Numbered from the whole stretch's first letter, positions 25,660 to 38,964 are shown. The stretch: DNA of 63,037 bases, filler included, from Sphacelaria rigidula (GCA_964200075.2; 11 parts of 11 records of this genome joined end to end with filler, not necessarily neighbours in it); one strand, 5' to 3'. Program-made: numbers and translations. Notes: generated from the sequence alone by a model not told the origin.

Positions 25660-27610
25660 CTACGGTGCTGTTCAAGAAAAAAGACTCATACAAATGTGGC
25701 AACTACCGCGGCATCTCCCTAGGATCCCACGACGGCACTGTGCTTCTCAAAATAGCTACGCTTCGCCTCCGCGAATACTGCGAATGGAAAAGAATCCCCC
25801 CAGAAGCTCAGCGCGATTTTCGACCCCGCCGGTCGACAATCGACTTGATGTACTTCGTACGCAGACGTCAAACACTGGCCAGAGAGAAGAATCTTCCGCT
25901 CTTTGTGTGATTCATTGACCTCCGGAGGCGTACGACTCAGTCGACCACACTCTTCTAGGGAAGGTGCTTGCTCGATACGGCGTCCCCGTCAAGACAATTT
26001 CCGCCATCAGCCAGTTCCACGACGGCACGTGGGCGTGCGGACGCCTTGACAGCTGCGAAACTTCAGAGTGTTTTGACGTCAACCAGGGCCTTTTTCAGGG
26101 CTGTGAGATTGCCCACGTGTTCAGCATCTTTTTGGCGGTAATGGTCAAGGAGGCTTTCGAACGCTTAACGATCGGTGGGGCTGCGGTGGATGATTTCATT
26201 CGCATCGTTACCAGAGGTAGGAAGGCCACGGGCCTGGTTTGCGAGGTGACTTCGGCCATGCCGCACGTCGACGACGCTGGCATCGTGATCTCAACCAAGC
26301 CAGCCGAAGATGACTACGCCCACCGTCGAAGTCTGTGCGGCGTCCGATCTCGTCGTGGCGGAAAAGAAGATAGTAAGGACTAATGCGGAGGTAGCCCCCC
26401 CACTAAAAGGGCACGGGAGACCGTCCGACAAACCGGCTGCGATCTCACTATCGGGCTCGTTTGCAGCAATTCCGCCCTCATGAAAGGCTTGTAGCAGTCC
26501 GAAATCAGCTATAACGCCCAAATAAGTCGCGTCGTGGAACACGAAACCAGCTCTAACGGCATTTATGATCATCGCCTCAGTGCACATTTTTGGCCGGTTC
26601 GGGGGGGGGACTATCTCGGCAGCAGTCTAACCATACACACATGCGCTCCTCAGACGTGGAGGCGGACGTGGTCGAGGTGGAGGCGGCGGGCCAAAGGTAC
26701 AAGCCAGTGGAGTCTTTTCATCTATCTCGGCGGCATCATCAACAGCATCGGCGATGTCACCGCTGACGTCAACCACCGCATTGGCCAGGCCTGGAAGTGC
26801 TCCATCAAGTACAGCAGACCGATATACAGCAACGCGTACATTGCCCTGGCCGCAAATGCTCGTTTCCTGAAGGCAGAAGTGATTGAGATCATGATTCACG
26901 ACTGCGTGAGCCAAACGTTCTCAACCTATCAGCCTGTTGCGCAAAGCCCACCGCGGGTTACTGCTGAGGTGCCGCAACGACCACATCTTCACGCACAGCG
27001 CCCCCCACTACGTCATGATGCCTGCCGCCAGGTTCTCGAGAGATCTGGCGGCGATTGCATCGAGGCTACCCGTATCGAGGCAAATCTTACTATTTGCCGG
27101 CCACGCCGCGCGCAAGCGCGACAAGCTCCTCCCCGACATCGTCATGCGTGAAGGGATGGTCGGAGTGGAGGAGAAGGCAGACCAATACGCGAAACGCTTG
27201 CAAAACCGTATCCCTGAGTTCTGCTTCACCTTTGGAATAGACGCGACATGATGGACGCAAATTGCGCAAAATGGTCCCGGGTGGTTCATGTCGTAGGGGA
27301 AGGGGCTAAGAGGCGCATGGTGGATTGGACCAACGCGGGCCATGCAAATGAACGTTTTGCTGTACCACTAGAATTCCCTCTGTGTCTATCGAAGATGGCC
27401 GAAACATGACGAGTAGCCCATCTAGTAGTATACTCGCTCGTGTATCTGCCGTCTTCCTGAAAACTTTGATATTTCTCTCCGTGGGTACCTGGGGATGTTG
27501 TTTGATTCTCCCTTGGTCTCCATTTCGTTCTTTTACTCCTTTGACAAGCCTGATTTGTTTGTTTCACCACACCCCGACCAACTCGGGAGGGGGGAGGGCT
27601 ATCTTTCGTT
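25660..27610 (+). pseudogene. Second decayed LINE (RTE-like) reverse transcriptase plus 3' UTR
   Basis: KKKDSYKCGNYRGISL, FRPRRSTID, QGLFQGC, HVDD and FIYLGG motifs, with many stops and frameshifts. Confidence 0.88.
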
Positions 27611-27799
27611 TCCTTGACGCCTACCTCTTATTGATCTGTACTAATGTGAAAAAATTATGCAATGAACTCGAAGTGACGTTTTCCCGGTGACGAAAGCTTG
27701 CATATGGGAGTTTGTAAATCGTCACTTGCCCACCAACGGTTCCAAAAGGGGTGACAGTTGTTCAACGTCTTATATCCGTCGACAGCTGGTTCAGGGGCA

Positions 27800-28440
27800 G
27801 GTTTTCAATGTGTTGTTAGCCGAAGGGTCTCGAGAAACCAAACAGCCAACGTGCGTGGGGAGGTTTAATATCTAAACATCAAAATTCTTCGACGCAGACA
27901 CGCCGTCCTTTAGTGAGACAGCTGGACAACATCACCATGTCACCATGTCATTACGGGGGATTCTATAAAATGAAGTTGATCAATGAAATGAGGTTGAAAA
28001 CCCTACCCGTTGAATAACAAAAAGCCCTCAGGAGTACCGCACGACAGCGCTGATGTGCAATTTTGGGGAGGAGCAGGAAGTGTGTCCGTGGTCGGACGTG
28101 CCGCCCATCCCTGCTTAGCTGCGGGCGACGGACGATAACAACGTGTGTTTGATTGTCGACGATGTTCTCACTTTTGTTTGTCTCGAGGCTCGTATCCAGA
28201 AAAAACTCTCGGGCGTCAAGTTGCTCGTCAGTGACGTACTGGAGGGATATCACTGCCAACGCAGTGATGTGCCGAGCGGATGATTGGGCGTCCACTGTCC
28301 TGAAGAAGGGCACATATAAAAGCATCACTGATTTCCTTCTTCGACGGGCGATGCACAACTTGAATAATAGATTGCACGAGTGCACCGTATTGCAAATCCG
28401 GTCGAGCTTTCCCATCCGGTTTGAGCATATATGATGCAGC
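27800..28440 (-). pseudogene. Possible highly decayed IS630/Tc1-like transposase
   Basis: Fragments in different frames (PDLQYGALVQ..EISDAFICALLQDSG, REFFLDTS, AKQGWAAR, ISAVV) fall in the order expected for HTH then DDE. Pattern impression only. Confidence 0.3.
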
Positions 28441-28736
28441 AATGTCTCAGTCGAAAGGAAAATCGTTTGCGTCTACCCCAAAATCGCTTCGTATGGTCCC
28501 GTCATACCCCCCATCGCAACACCCCATCCATGCTACATGACAGCATCTCGACCCCGCCCTGAACTGTACGTTCGCGTCCGCATCCCAACCTGTATGTGAA
28601 NNNNNNNNNNNNNNNNNNNNNNNNNNNNNNNNNNNNNNNNNNNNTTAATTAATTAANNNNNNNNNNNNNNNNNNNNNNNNNNNNNNNNNNNNNNNNNNNN
28701 ATCCAAACAACATATCCGAATACGCCCCCCCCCCCT

Positions 28737-28810
28737 CCGTCTCGAAAGGGATGCGTGGTCAATGGTCAAACGACTAAGGCAAGCAACAAATGAGTACGCC
28801 CCCCCTCCCA
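28737..28810 (+). repeat. Short copy of the LINE 3' terminus (also 55868-55936 -, 58586-58658 +, 59135-59200 +, 62976-63037 -)
   Basis: GGGATGCGTGGTCAATGGTCAAACGACTAAGGCAAGCAACAAATGAGTACGCCCC matches the end of the 23429-25392 LINE. Confidence 0.85.
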
Positions 28811-30635
28811 CTCAACCCCTCTTCATCTGTGAAAAATATACGTACTCGGGATGTCAGAGGTGTATTCACTTTTGTATTGCGGGTCATTGTTCCGTGGAGT
28901 GGTGCTTTATTCCCCTTCTGTCGCTTCCCCGCACATTCCAAGTACATTTCGCTTTGCGCCTACCGTCCCGTTATTAGTATTTCTCCGAGATTGCTCTTGT
29001 TGTCGATTGTGGTCGTATAAGAGTAAAGAGTGAGCTGAGAGACTGGGGAGTGGTCTTTGAAGCTCTTGAAGACGTTCTTCTGGGATTATTTACCCTGTCC
29101 GAGAGGCACCCTTTCGGAATACAAACCCGGACCACCTGATCATTCTCGAATTTGTTTTCCCCTGTCCAACAACACCCATTCGGAATGTAGAAATCGGAAT
29201 TTTGCACTACCCGAAACGCCTCATTACCCGTGCCGTGTAAAGTGCCGTGTCAAAATCAGAATGAAAACGAATCTTATGAGATCAACCTATCTCAATCTGA
29301 GGAAAACCTCACAGGGTTGGCCTACCGGAGTTCGCAGAGCATTTATAACTTATTGCGCATCCCTTGTCCCCCTCACCTCCCCCCCCCCCCCCCCCCCCAA
29401 ACCCCCCCCCCTTCCCCCGCCCCCCCCCCGGGGGGGAACCCCCCCCCCCTTGGGGGGGGGGGAAAATGTATTTTTCGCCANNNNNNNNNNTAACGGAAAC
29501 CTCCCAAGGTTAGCCTTACCGGATTAGGTGGGCGTTTTTCATTTTTTCCGCCATCCCTGACCCCCTCGCCCCCCCCCCCCCCCCCCCTGAAACATCCACA
29601 CGTTCGCGCTGCCCGAACCAGGAGAGGTAACCACGCACGCTTGGACGGGGATGAACATGTACTTTCAGTACAGTGACGATGTTGGCATTGGCATGGGGGG
29701 CGGAGGCGGGAGCTTTGGGCTTTTCCTGGGGGAAGACTTGTTGACGGGAACAACTGGAAAGTGAGTTTTTTTTTGTTCATTGGGCGTCTGTTGTGGTGTT
29801 ATTACTACTTCGGTCGAAATTAAACACCATTGTTATCAATATAACTATTTCGTTATTGTTGTTGTCGAGTCGCCCAATATCGCCCATTCGGTGATGCAGC
29901 TAAACGTGACCGTTTCTGCAATATCCACTGAACTAATTAGACCACGTGTAGTGGAGATTGGATTTCGTTGTTCTTGTTATTTGCATCACTTTGTATACAT
30001 TTAAAAAAAAAAAACTTGAAAAACCTTGCACAACGTGTTGGAAGAGTTGAGTCGGAGGTCAGTCCGAAATTTTGTTTTTCCCCGCCGTATTGCGATATCG
30101 GACGACGGACAAAAAAACGAAGATTGAAAAGGGCTTGGGATACTGTGCCCTTGGGGGAAATCGTGGGGACAAACTTTTGTTCAAACTGTGTGCTTGTGTG
30201 TATGCTTGTGTGCCGGCTCGACTATACCGGGAAGCACGCGCGTGACACATTTCGTTTTTTCTTAGCAATTACGAGAAAATATACTTGCGCACGATTCCAT
30301 TCTCGCTTTTGTTAGTCCGCCTTGTGTCGTGTGTGTTGTGACAACTTGCCTTGTGTTGCGAAGTCCATTTTATTATCTAATCCCCCCCGCCCGCCGCCCC
30401 TTTGCTGTTGATTTTTGGTTGCCTTGTACTATTTGCATATTTTTGTGGTTGGCAGGTGTGATACGTTCGATAACCCCCCGCTGTGTTCGAAGGAGGCGTT
30501 TGACGTCTCGCAAGTGGAGGTGCGTTTTTATTTTTGTTCTTGCTTTTTTGTGTGTTTACCGTGTTTCTTGTACTCCCTTGATACTTTTCATGTTCTGACC
30601 ACTTTTTACAGGAATCGGACTCTTCTGTTTGTTTC

Positions 30636-31337
30636 CTCTCAGGAGTGTTTATTTTGGCCCTTTGGCAGATGTTTTCGCGTGTAAAGGCGGCCGGGTGGAT
30701 AAACGTCACCTCGGAATGACCCGCTCTTCTCCTACGGGAGAGGATACTGGAACACTTGGGGGGACTACTGGTGCGCGCAATTTAAGTCTTGTGGCGGAAA
30801 AAAAATAGTCACAACAAACCCTGCGCGTGGCCAAAAGTGATCCCCCACAAACGGTCTCATTTGCGGATGTGCAAGCTTTTGTGTCTCACTTTTTTCACCC
30901 CGATACTCAAACTACACGGACCAAAACTCGCCCCAAGTTTTCAACTTTCGGACGAATCATCGTCGGTTCGAATCACCAATTTCTGAAAAATTTACACGAT
31001 TTTCTAGTTTTGATTGCTCGAAAGAGAGAAAAAAGATTGCCTGTTGGTGAAGAAAAGCCTGTACGCAATTTTGTGCGCCATTCGACGTGCCTGGGGTGCG
31101 CGTATCTTGAGCGCAACGCTGGGAACAACGCCAAAGGATTGATTTCGTACGGTAGGAATCAATACTCTAAAATCAAGTAATTTTCAGAGGAATCATACAT
31201 TCGTTCGATCCTTGCAAGTTTTCCGGGATCCTCTCCCGCAGTAGAAAAAAAGCAAATCATTCCGAGGCGACGTTTTTCCACCCGGCCGCCTTTTCACGGC
31301 AAAACCTCTGCAGAAGGGCTTCAATGAACACTCCTGA
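30636..31337. mobile_element. TIR element with ~85-bp inverted ends
   Basis: TCAGGAGTG..AAAGGCGGCCGGGTGGA.AAACGTC.CCTCGGAATGA is inverted at 31257-31337. The interior 30955-31215 is homologous to 8110-8360. Confidence 0.7.
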
Positions 31338-32180
31338 GGCCGCTCATTATAACAGACAAAAATAAAAACTGGAAAAGTGCCTTGTCGGGGCTTTACGTCG
31401 TTTTACGCCCCAAAAGAGAGCTAGGCGCAGTTTGACACCTTGGAATGACTTGCTCTACTAGCTGTGGCGGTTCCAGGACATGTTCCCGTTTCCCGGTGGC
31501 CGCAGTTTTCATTTCGGCCAAACAGGATTTTTTTTCCGAAAACGGTAAAAAACAGTTCGGTCCAGCACAGGCACCGTAGGTAAGGTACCGTACCGAGCTT
31601 ACTCCCGGTATTACCGTATCCCATATCGTGGTATGCGTACGTATCGTGGGTATGACATTTCAAAATAGCGGATTGTGCGGGTACGGTAGGTATTGAAATC
31701 TCGAAATACCCTGGTACCGTAGGTATCGTAGGTATGAGTTTTGAAAATACCGGATTGTGCGGGTACGGTAGGTATTGAAATCTCGAAATACCCTGGTATC
31801 GTAGGTATCGTAGGTGTGACATTTCAAAATACCGGATGGGGTGGGTACGGGAGGTATTGATAGCTCGAAATACTCGGGTAATGATGGTATGGACCGGTAC
31901 CGGGTACCTACCTCACCTACGGTGCCTGATTTGTACGTCCAAGATTTTTTCAAGATTTGACTGTTTTTCACCGTTTTTTTACCAAAATTCTTGTCTGGCC
32001 AAAATGAAAACTGTCGCCACCGGAAAACGGGAAGTTATCCTGGAACCGCCTCAACTAGTAGAGCAAGTCTTACTAAGATGTCATACTCCGCCCAGCTCTC
32101 TTTTGGGGCGTGAAACGACGTGAAAGCTCCAAAAAGGCACTTTTCTAGATTTTTTTTCTTGTCTGTTATAAAGAGCTGCC
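31338..32180. mobile_element. PIF/Harbinger-like MITE containing a nested element
   Basis: TGA|GGCCGCTC...GAGCTGCC|TGA gives a 3-bp TSD; ~200-bp inverted arms. Confidence 0.8.
31568..31928. mobile_element. CAG-ended TIR element with 82-bp internal tandem repeats
   Basis: TIR CAGGCACCGTAGGT. Repeat units start at 31662, 31744 and 31826. No clear TSD. Confidence 0.75.
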
Positions 32181-32747
32181 TGAGGGAAGAAAAAGTGGCC
32201 TGAACATGCTTTTGTAGGCTCGTTAGGTTGTGACACGTATTTAACGAACAATGAGCAAACTCGTTTTTCCCCTCTTGGAGATCTCCAAAGTTGTGCCAAC
32301 AGAACCAATACGCAGCAGTCTTGTTATTATCCAAAACGACATGGTTGGAAGATGACGGTAAGACTCGAGATAACTCCTCCCCAGTGGCGGTTGACCGGTC
32401 AACCATTCGACCGCGAAGCAGAGTCCATCTTTGAGTTCACGCGTACCAATGCGGCCAACACCCGGTGTGTCTAGTTTTTGTAGATGTCTTGTGGTCGAGG
32501 GGAAGGTTCATTAGTATGATTCGACACAGGCATGAAAAAAATGATGGCATTTCACGATTTAGAACAGGATGACGTGGTGTAATTCACCATCAACCTGCTC
32601 TTGTGAGACTTGAACCCTGGGTGATATTTTCCCGGCAACCTCAGCGAGTGTTCCTGTTGTGTTGCCCTTGGTTTTTTGTCCATGTTCTAGATAATGACCA
32701 CTCCTAGATCGATCCCTCGCGGATAAGTGATTTCGTGAATACGTGAT

Positions 32748-32996
32748 CAACTTTCTACGATAGACCCCCTCCAGAAGTGCCTGGTTTGGGGAGGCAAAAT
32801 CTTCACGTGAGTTAAAATGGAAAAAGCCGAGCACGACGAGCAGCTGGTTATTCCCAAGCTTGGGTTCGTTCACGCCAATATCGCCCATATGGGGTGCTCC
32901 ATGCAGCCTGAACACAAACATCATGCGCTGTATGGACATTTTTTCGCGAAACGTTTGTGCTGGTTTTGGGTGTGGGGGTCTGTGGTATAGAGTGTT
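32748..32996. mobile_element. 250-bp MITE, GACAC family, diverged copy
   Basis: Colinear with 6262-6511; flanks GTGAT/GTGAC. Confidence 0.75.
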
Positions 32997-34440
32997 GTGA
33001 CAGTCGATCGATCAATCAAAGCAAATCTCGCACAAAATAGAATGAAGGATTGTTACTTTTCCCTCTAGGAGCCGCGAGTCAGTTCCCTCCGCCCCCTCCG
33101 TGTGCGCGCCGATTTTGTGGAGGAAGATACGAATGTTTGCATAGCTTTTTCCAAGACATCAAACTTTACGTCTCCGTCCAGGGCAGAGTTCATGTCCATG
33201 CAAATTTTCGTTTTCATCTTATATCAAGGGAAAAACGTACAGGTGTCGCCGTTGTTGCCGAGCCAAATACGAACCTATCACAACCCAGGCAGCGCTCAGG
33301 CATTTTTGTTATTCCTTCTTTGGATGATGAGTCAGCACAGGTGAGATATGATGCGAAAGTCAAAGTAGCAGTCGTGGTAACCGCCCGCCCCCTTCACTCC
33401 ACCCCCTATATTGCCGGTTTGAAGTTCCTCCGGGGTATAGCTCATGAGAGCTCTGGCTACGTGTCCCTCCTCGCAATATTCTCTGCATCTCAAACTGTAT
33501 TCTGTTTCACGTTTTGTGAATATTTTTACTTATCGTTTTACCTGCAGGTTTGGGGTTTCACGACTGCAAGTACTGAAATGGGGGCGAAAATGGAGCGGCT
33601 TCGAAAAACTCTTCGAGGGAAGACGACGAGGCCTTTGTGATTTTGCGACGCACAGAAGAGAGGAAAAAAGAGAGGACGAGGAAGAGGAGAACAAGATGAC
33701 GATTTGAAGTGAAATATTTTTTAGTTCTTGGCCCACTGCAGCAGCGCGTCTCTAGCCAAGAAGTAGCCCTTTCTTTCCTCCAATGCTTCCCCCGGTTATT
33801 TGGCCATGTCGGTGATTCGATTCTGAATCCAGAATTTCTCGTCTCCTCTTTTTTTCTTGTTTGGAGTACATACTATTTATTGAAGTCCCTGGGTCCCTGG
33901 CAAGTATGACGGGTATGTGTAGAGTGAAGTAGGAGGGTAGTGAAGCAAACCAACTCCTGGTTCACAGACAGACTCTCGTGGGGGAGTTTTTTTCGTTCAA
34001 GCCACTGTTTTCAATTTGTATCCTATGGATTTATGTGCGATAGAGCCCTCCCCTGCTCTTAGTTCAGTCGTCGAGGGTCTTTTACATCGCGTAAGACGGA
34101 CGGGCCCTCGGCCTTTTGTTTTCGAAGTCTGAGCTGGTTGATTGTATTTTCACTTTCTTTTCGTGTCGTGTGTGTGAGCGTGGGCTGTGTGGTCTTTGCC
34201 CTGACTTCATCCTCCCCTCAGTCGTCAAGGTGACGCATCCATGAGGCAGAGTATAAGCCGTGGCTGTCATTGGAAGTGGCGATACCAGAAAATAAAGCAA
34301 CTCATTGTAGGCTGTCATCTGAATGCAAGATAATTAGTAGNNNNNNNNNNNNNNNNNNNNNNNNNNNNNNNNNNNNNNNNNNNNTTAATTAATTAANNNN
34401 NNNNNNNNNNNNNNNNNNNNNNNNNNNNNNNNNNNNNNNN

Positions 34441-37018
34441 TGAAAGTGTGGGGAAAGCACTGTTTTAGGTTTGGACCTCATCTCGGGGTTAAACCTCAAT
34501 TCGCACAATTTGTTGTTAAACGCAGTCCACATCGCGTCTACGGAGGCGTAAGGCACCTCTTTGTGCGCCAAAGAGCCCGGAAACAGAGACGGCATCAGCG
34601 CCGGAAATTGCTGAGCGATACTATTGCGAACATACGTCTGACACAAAGCATCACTACGGCCATTCTGTCGGCCAGTACCAGTTACAAAAGACACCAAAAG
34701 CTTGAGATCGCGTAGGTAGTTAGCAAAAGGGCACGTCTGTTGCCACGGCGAAAGAAGTGAGGCGCTTGATGGCGCTGGCCTGATCGGACTTCTCAAAATA
34801 ACTTATGATGCGCCTTTCCAAAATACCGAATAGTAGCGGCGCTGTTCGCCCGCCGGCACAATCTTGACCCATTGCTTGGAAGAAAGAGTCGAGAATCTGC
34901 GTCAAGGAAGCAGCGACGTCAGGGGAGCAACGACTGATTGAGCGATGCAAAGCCTTGTGTAACGGGGTTTGCCATCCATCAATCCAGTCAGAGTTTTCGG
35001 AACGTTGTTGTCTAGTTGCGTCGGACAGCGTAAGGATGTTGCGCGTAGTTCGACGCATTGAGGAACGGAGAGCGGATGTAAACTGACCCGAGTCCTTATT
35101 ATCTGCAGCAGGCATGGTTTTGATATGCCAGAGTTTCTTAACATCCATCAGTAAGTACTCACGCTTGATTGCAGCGACACGAGATGCTTCTTTACGAGTA
35201 TCGGAAGCGGCTTTATCAGCGGCAGCTTGTTGTTTCGCTGCGGCGGCGGCAGCAAGTGATCGAGCGGAGGTAGAAGACAATGGGCGAGCCAACTTCTCAC
35301 TATCACTATCCGTAAGACCTACAAGGCGAGCAGACGCATCTGCTAAAGGAGGCGTTACTTGCCTGACGGCCGGTGAGGGCCGTGCGGATCGCGTTGGGGC
35401 GCACTGACGGTGTCTGGATGTAGGCGAGCTTGAAGACTGGTTGCCAGAGCGTTTATGGCTGCCCCGGGTTGTACGGCGACCGTTGTTGTTCTTACGGTTG
35501 GTTCCCTGTCCGCGGTGTGGTTCGGCGCCGGGTTGGTCGTCGTCGAAATCGTCATCATCACGACGATGATGAGAGGGGTGGGGTGTAATCCAGTCATCAG
35601 CGTCGTCGGGTGATAGTGTGTTATGGGCGGCACGCATAGCAGTGAAAAAGGCAGCGACGGCGGCCTCGTAAGTGGGGTGATTGTTCCCGGTACAAATCGT
35701 AAGGTAAAGTACGAGGCGTTCAGTGGTGGGGGCGCCCGGATCGTTGTTCGGCAGTTGTCCCCCTTGCTGAAGGAAAGGGACAATCACACTGTTAATGGGC
35801 AGGGTGAGTGAGCGCCAAGCCTGCTTGTAGGCGCGGAGAACGTTGTTGCGGTGATACTTGCCCGAAAGTTGGCGGAGCGTCCAAGAAAGCCAAGAACGTT
35901 TGCTGCCCTGAAGGACACTTTCTACGGTAGCCCCCCCCCCAAAACCAGCTAAAAGTGTAACGAAAAAGATGGCCATGCAGGGCCTGATGTTCGGGCTCGG
36001 GCTGCATGAAGCGCCTCATATTGGCGATATTGGCTAGAACAAACCCAAGCGAAGGAATTCCCAGCTTCTCGTTGTGCTCGGCTTTTCCCATTTCGACTTA
36101 CGTGGAGATTTTGCTTCCCAAAACCGTGCACTTTTGGGGGGGGGGCTATCGTAGGAAGTGTCGAAGGCGGAGCCAAGGTGTGAGGGCAGGGGGCATCGAG
36201 GCCTGAGGGACCTCCGGTTGCGCTGGTGAAGTGCGCGCAGGCGAGGCTGTAGGGGCGGCAGCAGCAGCGTATGGGCGCGAGGGCTGACGGGTCTTCGCTG
36301 AGCCTGTAAGTGCAGAAGGAGGCGCAGGCGCTGACGCTGTCGGCGTTGTCCTCAGAAGGGGAAGGTGTTGCTCCTGTTCCAAAGAGCGTTGAGCCGAGGT
36401 GGCGGTGGCCGTGGCCGCAGTGTATTGGCGCAGACGTTGTTCATCGCGCCGAATGGAGTCACGCATCTTTTCAAACGCAGCGAGACGCTCATTCAAAGTC
36501 TCCTGCGCCGCCTGCTGGCGGCTGGTCGCCGAGTCGACGGCTCGACGTTGGCGCGTGAGACGTGCCGTGAAGTAATCGAGAAGGAGATTGTGAGCAGCGG
36601 CCTCCGCCGATTGGCGGGGTGAGGGCGGCGCAGAGGGCGTGGCCGGTTGTATTGCCTGGTACTCAGCGAGGATTTGTTCTTGACCTGAGCGGGGACCACG
36701 CAACCAGAGCCGGGGTAGGAGGCCCGGCGGGCAATTCTCGACGCCCAACAGGGAGCGGTCGTCCGTGAGAGACCCAGGCTCAGGCGCCGGAGCCGGACCA
36801 GTGGCGGTAGCATCCAGCGGCGAAGTGTCCGATCCCGCATGGGTGGCCGCGAGAGGGGTGTCATCCGTGGCCGCCGTGTCGGGAGCTGCAGTCGCCGCCG
36901 CGCTGGGGGCGGGGGGCGTGACACGGATGCTCTCAGCATCTGTATTGATGTCCGCAGCCGCAGTAGTTGAGGTGGCCGCGATAGGAGCGGTGATCGAAGG
37001 TGCCGGGTTGTTAGCCAT
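34441..37018 (-). pseudogene. Retrotransposon gag-like ORF interrupted by a MITE and a +1 frameshift
   Basis: Removing the MITE and one TSD fuses ORFs 37018-36146 and 35976-34720 in frame (681 aa). It is intronless, with an Ala/Pro-rich coiled-coil N-terminus. The C-terminal AIKRLTSFAVATDVPF/ANYLRDLKLLVS segment resembles gag. Confidence 0.6.
35914..36162. mobile_element. 249-bp MITE, GACAC family, inverted relative to copy 1
   Basis: TIR GACACTTTCTACG...CGTAGGAAGTGTC flanked by a GAAG duplication. Confidence 0.9.
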
Positions 37019-38964
37019 GGTGGAAGCAGATCGCAGTTATCGATGAAGATCTGCAATTTGCCGTTCCACCGCACGCACAGTGGCAGCGTCAGGACGGGGC
37101 CGAAGGGCACGGTTAGTGCTCCGTCCGTCGCGTATAGGTGCGTGAAGGTCAGTCAACGAAGCATCAATGGGCAGTCGTGAGCTCACATGGGTCCGATCGA
37201 CAGATTTAGGTCGTAAGGATCCTGTGGTTGATGATAATCCTGATAACAGAGCACGGACGTCATGGACATGAGTAGTACCATCACCATGATGAACAATGTC
37301 GTCACCATCCGAATCCAAATCAGAGGGAACATCTGAGGTCGAACGTGCGTCATCAGGGTCTGCAGGCGCTGGGACAGAGGCCCGTTGGTTCGCACTACTG
37401 TTAAAGTGAACATGATCTGAAGACGCCGAATGGTGAACGGCTGAGTGAAACGCGGCCGCAAGCGCTTGTGAGGGGGCAGTTGTCGCCGGATCATCAGAAG
37501 GACAGCCGGTGATGAACGGAGCAAGTGCTCAAGAGCCGTGACTAAAGGCAAGTGTCCGGTGGAAGGCTCTTCTGAGCGGCCAAGACGCGAGGAGGATGTT
37601 CGGCGCGAGGGCTGGCGAACAGAAGTGTCCTCACGATGCATGTCGTGTCGTCGCGGGCGTGGTAAGGCATCGGACCCGTTGTGCGGCGTGCTGAAAACGT
37701 CGGAAGGCATGGACGAGTGCCGTTCGTCAACACCGCGAGCGCGGAGCGAGTCGATAACCGCGGCGGAAGCCTGGAGCGGTTTGCATTTCACAGCAGTGGA
37801 AACGCGTGGCGACTCGTCAGACATGTTGGAACTCCGAGACGGTGTGCGTTTCACAACAGAGCAAGTGCGTAGCGACTCGTCGATCATGTTGGAAGTCTTG
37901 GACAAATGGCGATCGTGGTCACCAGTAGAAGCAAAGTCTTGAGACGTGTTGTCGCCAGAGTGGAGGGCCGAAACTCTGTCGGATTTTACTTCTTCGTGTA
38001 CAGGAGAAGTAAGAGTGAATGGGTTTGGAGGAAGTGATGAAAGAAGACGCTGACGGCGTAAAGATTTGTAAGGAGGAAGGGCCGGGTGGAGAAAATATTT
38101 TCTGACGTTGCGTCATATTAAATTGAAAAGGTAGAAATGTACGCTAAACACCAGAGTGCAACAGGCTGGTGTAACAAAAGCAGTAGCGCAAGCTCGAAAT
38201 TCAGAACCGAAAAAATGAGCAGTACAGACTACAAAATGTTTCAAGGTGGGTATACCGAGGTACAGTAAACTGCTGTGATAATAACAATCAGCGTAATCTC
38301 GGCAATTTTAAAGCACCGAAAGGGAAGACAACAGAGCAAAATATGAAGAACTGAAGCTAAACGCCAAAAAGGAAGGGACTGCGGCAGAAATACGACACGC
38401 GTAGAGGAAACTGTGTATGGGGGACCGCAGGGAGGCGCGCTGAAGGTGTACCACAGGTATTAATAGTCGCAAAGGAACAAACTTACAGACAAAACCAATA
38501 GTTGTCGCAAGAAAGGTTTGGTGCAAGAGCAAAACCTAACAACCAGGGGACTGTGAAAGGAGGCAGACACCCGGACAGATATCCGACGGGCGCACTGTGC
38601 ACGTCGAATACAATTCGAGCCCAGGCACACACTGCACAAGGGTAAATCTATGGTGCAAGGAAGACACCGTACACACGAGGTGTAGAGAAACACAACTCGA
38701 GATCGTGAAGGTAGACACGAAGACTAGTGTAGATCACGTGGCCAAAGTGAAGGCGATGTGTAAATGGTTTTGGAATTCAATATAGAAAGATAATCAAAAG
38801 GGCGGCAGCGAGGGTGCGAAACACTGAAGTCAAGTGCAGGGGTCCAAGAGGAGACAGCCGTAGCAGCCGACTGAAACACTAATGGTGATGCAGGTCAGGC
38901 GCCAAACTGAAAAGATCACAGGGGGGTACGAAATGTCTGAACAAAAACAACAGTAAATCGTAAA

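Noticed and set aside
33050..33707. Two-exon gene candidate
   Set aside because: Splice-like signals exist (donor 33341, acceptor ~33548), but no frame gives a recognisable protein.
34722..34740. Programmed -1 ribosomal frameshift in the gag-like ORF
   Set aside because: The required shift is +1 and there is no in-frame X XXY YYZ heptamer. A single extra base is the simpler explanation.
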